Assembly: GCA_963799775.1 (NCBI GenBank)
Contig: CAWCYD010000002.1
Coordinates: forward strand, 224,001 to 288,000
Direction of reading: 5' to 3'
Length of the DNA stretch: 64,000 bases
DNA from: an uncultured archaeon
Lineage (GTDB): Archaea; Thermoproteota; Nitrososphaeria; Nitrososphaerales; Gagatemarchaeaceae
Numbering within the stretch: position 1 is the stretch's first letter; each line of letters starts with the position of its first letter. Both the position numbers and the translations under genes were made by a program. Of this stretch, positions 59,169-64,000 are shown in pieces. A model generated the notes under the pieces. The model made no database searches. It saw nothing but the letters and a program-made list of their open reading frames with translations, and was not told the DNA's origin.

Positions 59169-60844
59169 ATGGCTCAGATTGTAGACATCTCCCTTGACCT
59201 CCGAAAGGAGAGCGCAAAGGGTAGATTCATTCGGCAGACGCAATCGATCTGCCCGGATTGCAACAGGATCTTACCTGCTATCGTTTTCGAACGGGACAAC
59301 AAGGTCTTCATGACAAAGACGTGCCCGGAGCACGGAGAGACAGAGGAACTTTATTTCGGCGACTACCAGATGTATGCAAAGTTCGCTCGCTATTGGAAGG
59401 ACGGCAAGGGGACGCACGCGCCAAACGTCCCCATGGACGTCTGCTCCTGCCCGGCGAACTGCGGCCTCTGCTCGAACCACCTCTCTCACACGGGATTGTC
59501 GAACATCATCATCACGAACAGGTGCGACCTGACGTGCTGGTACTGCTTCTTCTACGTCAAGAAGGGTCTAGAGGGCGCCTACGTCTACGAGCCGACCCTC
59601 GACCAGGTCAGGGAGATGGCGATGGACGCTAAAGTCTGAGAGGCCCGTCCCCGGGAACTCCGTCCAGCTCACAGGCGGCGAGCCCACGATCAGGCCCGAA
59701 CTTCCTCAGATCATCAGGATGATGCACGAGGAGGGCATCGACCACGTCCAGCTCAACACCAACGGCATCAACCTGGCGCTAGACCCATCCCTCGCAGGGC
59801 GTCTCAGCGAGGCGGGAGTCTCGAACCTGTACATGTCCTTCGACGGGACGTCGCCGAAGACCAACCCGAAGAACCACTGGGAGGCACCCTACACTCTAGA
59901 GGCCTGCAGGAAGAACGGCATCGGCGTGGTGCTAGTCCCGACGGTCATCAAGTCGGTCAACGACCATGAGCTCGGCTCGATAATCGACTTTGGGCACAAG
60001 TACCTCGGAACTGTCCACGCGGTGAACTTCCAGCCTGTCTCCCTCACGGGCAGGATGACGAAGAGGGAGAGGGACAAGTACCGCATCACGATACCCGACT
60101 GCATCAAGAGGATCGAGGAGCAGACCAACGGCGAGATAACGTCCGACGGCTGGTTCCCTGTCCCGTCGTGCTCGCCGCTGACGAGCTTCATCGAGGCCTT
60201 CACGAAGAAGGAGCAGTACGAGCTCTCCATACACTTCGCGTGTGGAGCGGGCACCTACGTCTTCGAGGATGCAGAGACGAAGAGGCTCGTCCCGCTGACG
60301 AACTTCGTCGACATCCAAGGGCTCATCGAGTACCTCGAGGAGAAGACGGAGGAGATCTACTCGGGCACGAACAGGTACGTCGTAGCTGGCAAGGTCCATC
60401 ACGCAGATATCGCGCTTCGTCAACAAGGAGAAGCAGCCAAAGGGCATGAGCTTCGCGAAGATGATCTCCAACGCGCTGATCAGGCATGACTACTCGGCGA
60501 TCGGGGACTTCCACACGAAGAGCATGTTCATCGGAATGATGCATTTTCAAGACAAATATAACCAGGACGAAGAGAGACTACAGCGCTGCGACATCCACTA
60601 TCTGACGCCCGACCTCCGCATCATTCCCTTCTGCAGCTTCAACGTCATACCGGAGTGGTACAGGGACAGGATCCAGCAAAAGTTCGGCATGCCCATCGAG
60701 CAGTGGGAGGCACAGAACCACCGCAAGCTAGAGGACGGGCTCTACCGTGGAACCCTGAGGCGCGGCACCCACCACGCGGGCTGCGGATGCGCCCTCGGCG
60801 AGAACGGCGAGGAAGTCCACATCCAGCCGATTACGGGCACCTAA
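59169..60844 (+). CDS. tes: Radical SAM tetraether lipid synthase (frameshifts near 59623 and 60397)
   Basis: TQSICPDC, KTCPEHG, CP.NCGLC..H, TNRCDLTCWYCFF, TGGEPT, PKNHWE, NFQPVSL.GR, H.ACG, MHFQD.YN.D..R..RC.IHY, IIPFC.FN. Confidence 0.92.
60795..60844 (+). repeat. tes 3' end, imperfectly duplicated at 61917-61966
   Basis: tcggcgagaacggcgaggaagtccacatccagccgattacgggcacctaa vs tcggcgagcagggcgaagagtccacatccagccgattaccgggcacctag. Confidence 0.88.
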
Positions 60845-60984
60845 AGAGCAATCGCGCGCCGTAGGGGCGCCTTGCAATGGGTCGGGACGGAAAAGTTTCG
60901 CCCTCCGTTTTGGTTCCTAGCGCGCTCGGCGGTTCGAGGTTATATCCTCTGACCGAAGTTAGAATGTAGAGCTCAGAGTTTGCC

Positions 60985-61401
60985 ATGAACGACGAAATCA
61001 GCTATCCCACGATGAAACAGATCGAGCGCCTGTATGGTAGGGTCATTGAAATGACAGGCGGGGAAAGCGGCTACCTGAGCAAGTCGAACTTGGAGTACCT
61101 GCTGGAGACCGTCAGGGACGTCGGCGAGAGACTGGACAGGAAGCGCGCGATCATCAAGAAGGCGGCCTTCTTGCTCTACAACATCGTGGTACTTCATCCG
61201 TTCGTCAATGGGAACAAGAGGACGGCTTACGAGCTTGTCAGGCTCTTCTTGCAAGCGAACGGTTACGATATTGTCGCCAGCTCCGAGGATGAATATGAAT
61301 ATCTTCTCGACGTGGCAAGCGGCAAAGACTCTGCGGCAGGTGTCGAGCGCTGGATAGCAACGAATTTAGCAGACGTCGGAAGACGAGTATCTCGAGAGTA
61401 G
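60985..61401 (+). CDS. doc: Death-on-curing (Fic/Doc) toxin
   Basis: KAA.LLY.I...HPFVNGNKRTA. Confidence 0.92.
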   Translation: MNDEISYPTMKQIERLYGRVIEMTGGESGYLSKSNLEYLLETVRDVGERLDRKRAIIKKAAFLLYNIVVLHPFVNGNKRTAYELVRLFLQANGYDIVASSEDEYEYLLDVASGKDSAAGVERWIATNLADVGRRVSRE

Positions 61402-61517
61402 TGGCTCAGAGAACGAGGGTCGCAAAGGAGATCGGGGACAAGGAATTCGACCAGCGGATGGCCAGGGTCCATCGCAGAGGACAAAGAGCTTCTCGAAAAC
61501 CTGGCGAAGGTCTAGTC

Positions 61518-61721
61518 ATGTATCCAGAGAAGCTTGGCATCGAATACGACCAGAAGAGCGATGTCCTCTACATCTCCGTGGGCAAGCCCAAGGAGGCCGA
61601 CGATTCAATCGAGCCACAGGAAGGAGTGGTAATGAGGACGAGACAGGGCACGCTCATTGGCATTACGATTATTGGCTTGAAGGGGACACGCAGGGGCGAA
61701 AGCCCGAAACATAAAACCTAG
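61518..61721 (+). CDS. DUF2283 domain protein
   Basis: IEYDQKSDVLYI...GVV......G.LIGITI; ORF may extend to 61401. Confidence 0.8.
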   Translation: MYPEKLGIEYDQKSDVLYISVGKPKEADDSIEPQEGVVMRTRQGTLIGITIIGLKGTRRGESPKHKT

Positions 61722-62040
61722 GGCAGGGTACCTTGGTAACGGCGAAAGAGCGTAGGCGGCAAATCGAAAAGTATCATCTAGTGAAATTGAACGGCAGGTA
61801 CCACACGCGCCTTATGGGAAGATACATTCCTTACACTTTCGGCCAAAGATGTCCTGACAAGACCCGATGCAAAGAATGCTACGGCTGCTCCGTGGGATGC
61901 AATTGCGTCTCCGCGGTCGGCGAGCAGGGCGAAGAGTCCACATCCAGCCGATTACCGGGCACCTAGATTCCTCACCGCCGCCAGCTCTGCCTTCGACTAG
62001 AATGTGTTTATCTACTCAGCAAGCGTCAATTCCATCGACT

Positions 62041-62280
62041 TTGAAGACAAAGGGGCACGATTTCACGGTCGCTATCGAAAAGGGGGAGGATGGCTACTAT
62101 GTAGCCAGTGTCGTCGAACTGCCTGGCTGTTATATTCAAGCAAAGGCTGTGAAGGAACTCGACAAGAGAGTGAAGGAAGCAATCGAGGTGTATCTCGAGG
62201 CCAAGGGCAAAACCCCTAGTTCCTGGGTCTCCTCATCGAATCATGCACGTAGTCGCCAAAAGCAGGTCGTTTGCCCATGA
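62041..62280 (+). CDS. HicB-like (UPF0150) antitoxin
   Basis: FTVAIEKGEDGYYVASV.ELPGC..QA....EL...VKEAIEVYLE. Confidence 0.85.
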   Translation: MKTKGHDFTVAIEKGEDGYYVASVVELPGCYIQAKAVKELDKRVKEAIEVYLEAKGKTPSSWVSSSNHARSRQKQVVCP

Positions 62281-64000
62281 GACAGTCGCTGATGATGGGC
62301 ATGGGCTTTGGAGCCTTTGCGCTGATACTCGCATTTTCGCCGATGGCGACAGTCAGCGCTGCGGCCAACGCTCCATCCATTACAGTCACTCCAACGACCG
62401 CTGTCGTAGGTGCGACGATCAACGTTGGTGGAACAGGATTCCCTCCCAACGTCACGCTCACTCTTCAGTGGGCTTCAGTGAACGCCGCCTGGCTCGTGCA
62501 GGCCATACCAGTTCCGCAGGTCACGGGCCTCAAGACCAACGCCGTACAAATCACGCTGGGGTCTGCGCAGACAAACTCGTCCGGAGCATTCTCCGCGAGA
62601 TTGGCGGTCCCCACAGACTACGGTGGACAGCACTTTATCCAAGCTTTCCTTGGTAATGGGACTGCCCTCCCACCGAAAGCCGTATTCGGTGTTGAGCCTT
62701 CTTTTCACATATCGCCAACGAGCGGGCCTGATGGTACTCCGATCGAGGTAAGAGCGACGGGGTTGAGCTATGGCACTTACTCCACTAGCTATCATGTCGC
62801 TTGGGACAACGATTATACCGGCTACATGACCGCACTTGGTTCGCAGGGCGCTACCAACTTTACGATGTACGCGTCCGGTGTGCCGGGTGTCCATTACATC
62901 GACATCTACCAGGGTTATCCAGGTCCTGCTTACTTGAACCCGCAGCAGGGGCCCCCGTCTTCTGAGACACAGTCGATATTCGATGGCTACATTCCGTTCT
63001 TTGCGAACTTTACCGTTACTCCCGAACAGGTTCTGTCTTCCCAGACCTCCCTACAGACGACTACCGGCACGGCGGCACATGGTGGAGTCATCCCGGGAGT
63101 CGGATCTCTCTTCCTCCTTCTCTCGCTCGCAGGGATAGGGTTGTTCATCACAACGAGGACAAGCAGTGAGAGGAAGGCGCTATCCAAACTCGTTATGGCC
63201 GCCCTGATAATCGTGCTAGTTGGAGTCGCGGGCATCGGCATCTATGTGGCAACTACCGCTTCCACCTCGACAACGAGTAACTCGACTCTCGCTTCGTCGT
63301 CCTCGAGTTCGCCGTCAACAACATCCCAAGTGTCGTCTATTCCTCAGGTATCCTTTGTCCCAGTCGCTACGGTCTATCGGCCACACGTAACAGTGCCTGT
63401 GAACAACGCGACAACAGGGCCACGCATAAGCGTCACTCCGACAATCGCGAGCGTCGGTGACAACATTACGGTGAATGGAGCAGGCTTCGCGCCTAATGCT
63501 TCCCTTCCACTCACGTGGTCGACCCGGCAGGGGAGCAATCTCCTGGGCTTCAAGCTCGTAAGCAAGCCGCTGAGGCTGGTGACAGCCACGAGCTCGGGGA
63601 GCCTTTACACTGAACATGAAGGTGCCTCCTGATCTTGGAGGTGACCACTTTATTGCTGCTGGGAACCTGACGCAGAACTCTAACGGCACTGTCTTCATCC
63701 AGAGAAGCGCCGTGCTGAGCACGACTAAAGGACCGCAGGGTACGCAGATTCAGGTGATAATGCACGGAGTGGGATGGGACTTCAACACAAACATAGTCGC
63801 CGTCGATTACGACAACTCGTACATCGGATACGCATGCGGGTTCAATAGCGGGGGGAACGTGACAGTAACGATCGTGGCCACGGGTGAGCCTGGAATACAC
63901 ACAATCGACGTGTATCCCTCGGAGTGGTGGGGTGGGTCGAACTTTGCCTCGCAGCAGGTTGTAGAGTACAGATACCCGTTGTTGACTCCGCAGGACCATC
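62271..64000 (+). CDS. Cell-surface protein with duplicated Ig-like modules (frameshift near 63600; runs off window)
   Basis: P.I.VTPT.A.VG..I.V.G.GF.PN, VP.D.GG.HFI and G.PG.H.ID.Y each occur twice; internal TM pair. Confidence 0.8.

Noticed and set aside
13976-60844. Frameshifts in topo IB, rrp4, rrp42, pfdB, ecfA, aIF-1A, queC, trmB, tes and others as pseudogenisation or programmed frameshifting
   Set aside because: They hit essential genes at random positions with no shared slippery motif; typical of unpolished long-read consensus errors

Overview
Archaeal DNA, most likely a high-GC member of Nitrososphaerota (Thaumarchaeota). The evidence is a eukaryote-like topoisomerase IB, tetraether synthase Tes, intron-containing tRNAs, the proteasome/exosome superoperon and an arcadin-1-like gene. 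Many essential genes carry single-base frameshifts, which points to an unpolished long-read assembly rather than pseudogenes. Layout: (1) 1-11.1 kb is an integrated defence island ending in a tRNA 3'-half (att-like). It holds an Mrr-like nuclease between 39-bp direct repeats, an iteron-like GTTGCCA array, an IS110 with its ~177-bp non-coding right end in three tandem copies, a fused restriction-methylase and a SIR2-like protein. (2) 11.3-13.8 kb is an islet of secreted-protein genes at a two-intron tRNA-Lys. (3) 14-39.5 kb is core genes: topo IB, nfo, psmA-SBDS-rrp4/41/42-L37ae-prefoldin, ECF transporter, XPF, DEAD helicase, aIF-1A, folE2/queC/queD, tRNA-Gly. (4) 39.6-44.3 kb is an AT-richer island with a translationally coupled array of five tiny paralogous coiled-coil/HTH proteins, three of them missing from the ORF track. 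The array runs into a wHTH-nuclease-like gene and is preceded by an HTH + DUF4062/TIR-like pair. This is the best candidate for an undescribed system. (5) 44.4-64 kb holds surface proteins, regulators, a PiT transporter, NTF2-like paralogs, tes, and a Doc/HicB toxin-antitoxin islet flanked by a duplicated tes 3' end. Family assignments come from motif recognition only; no database searches were run.
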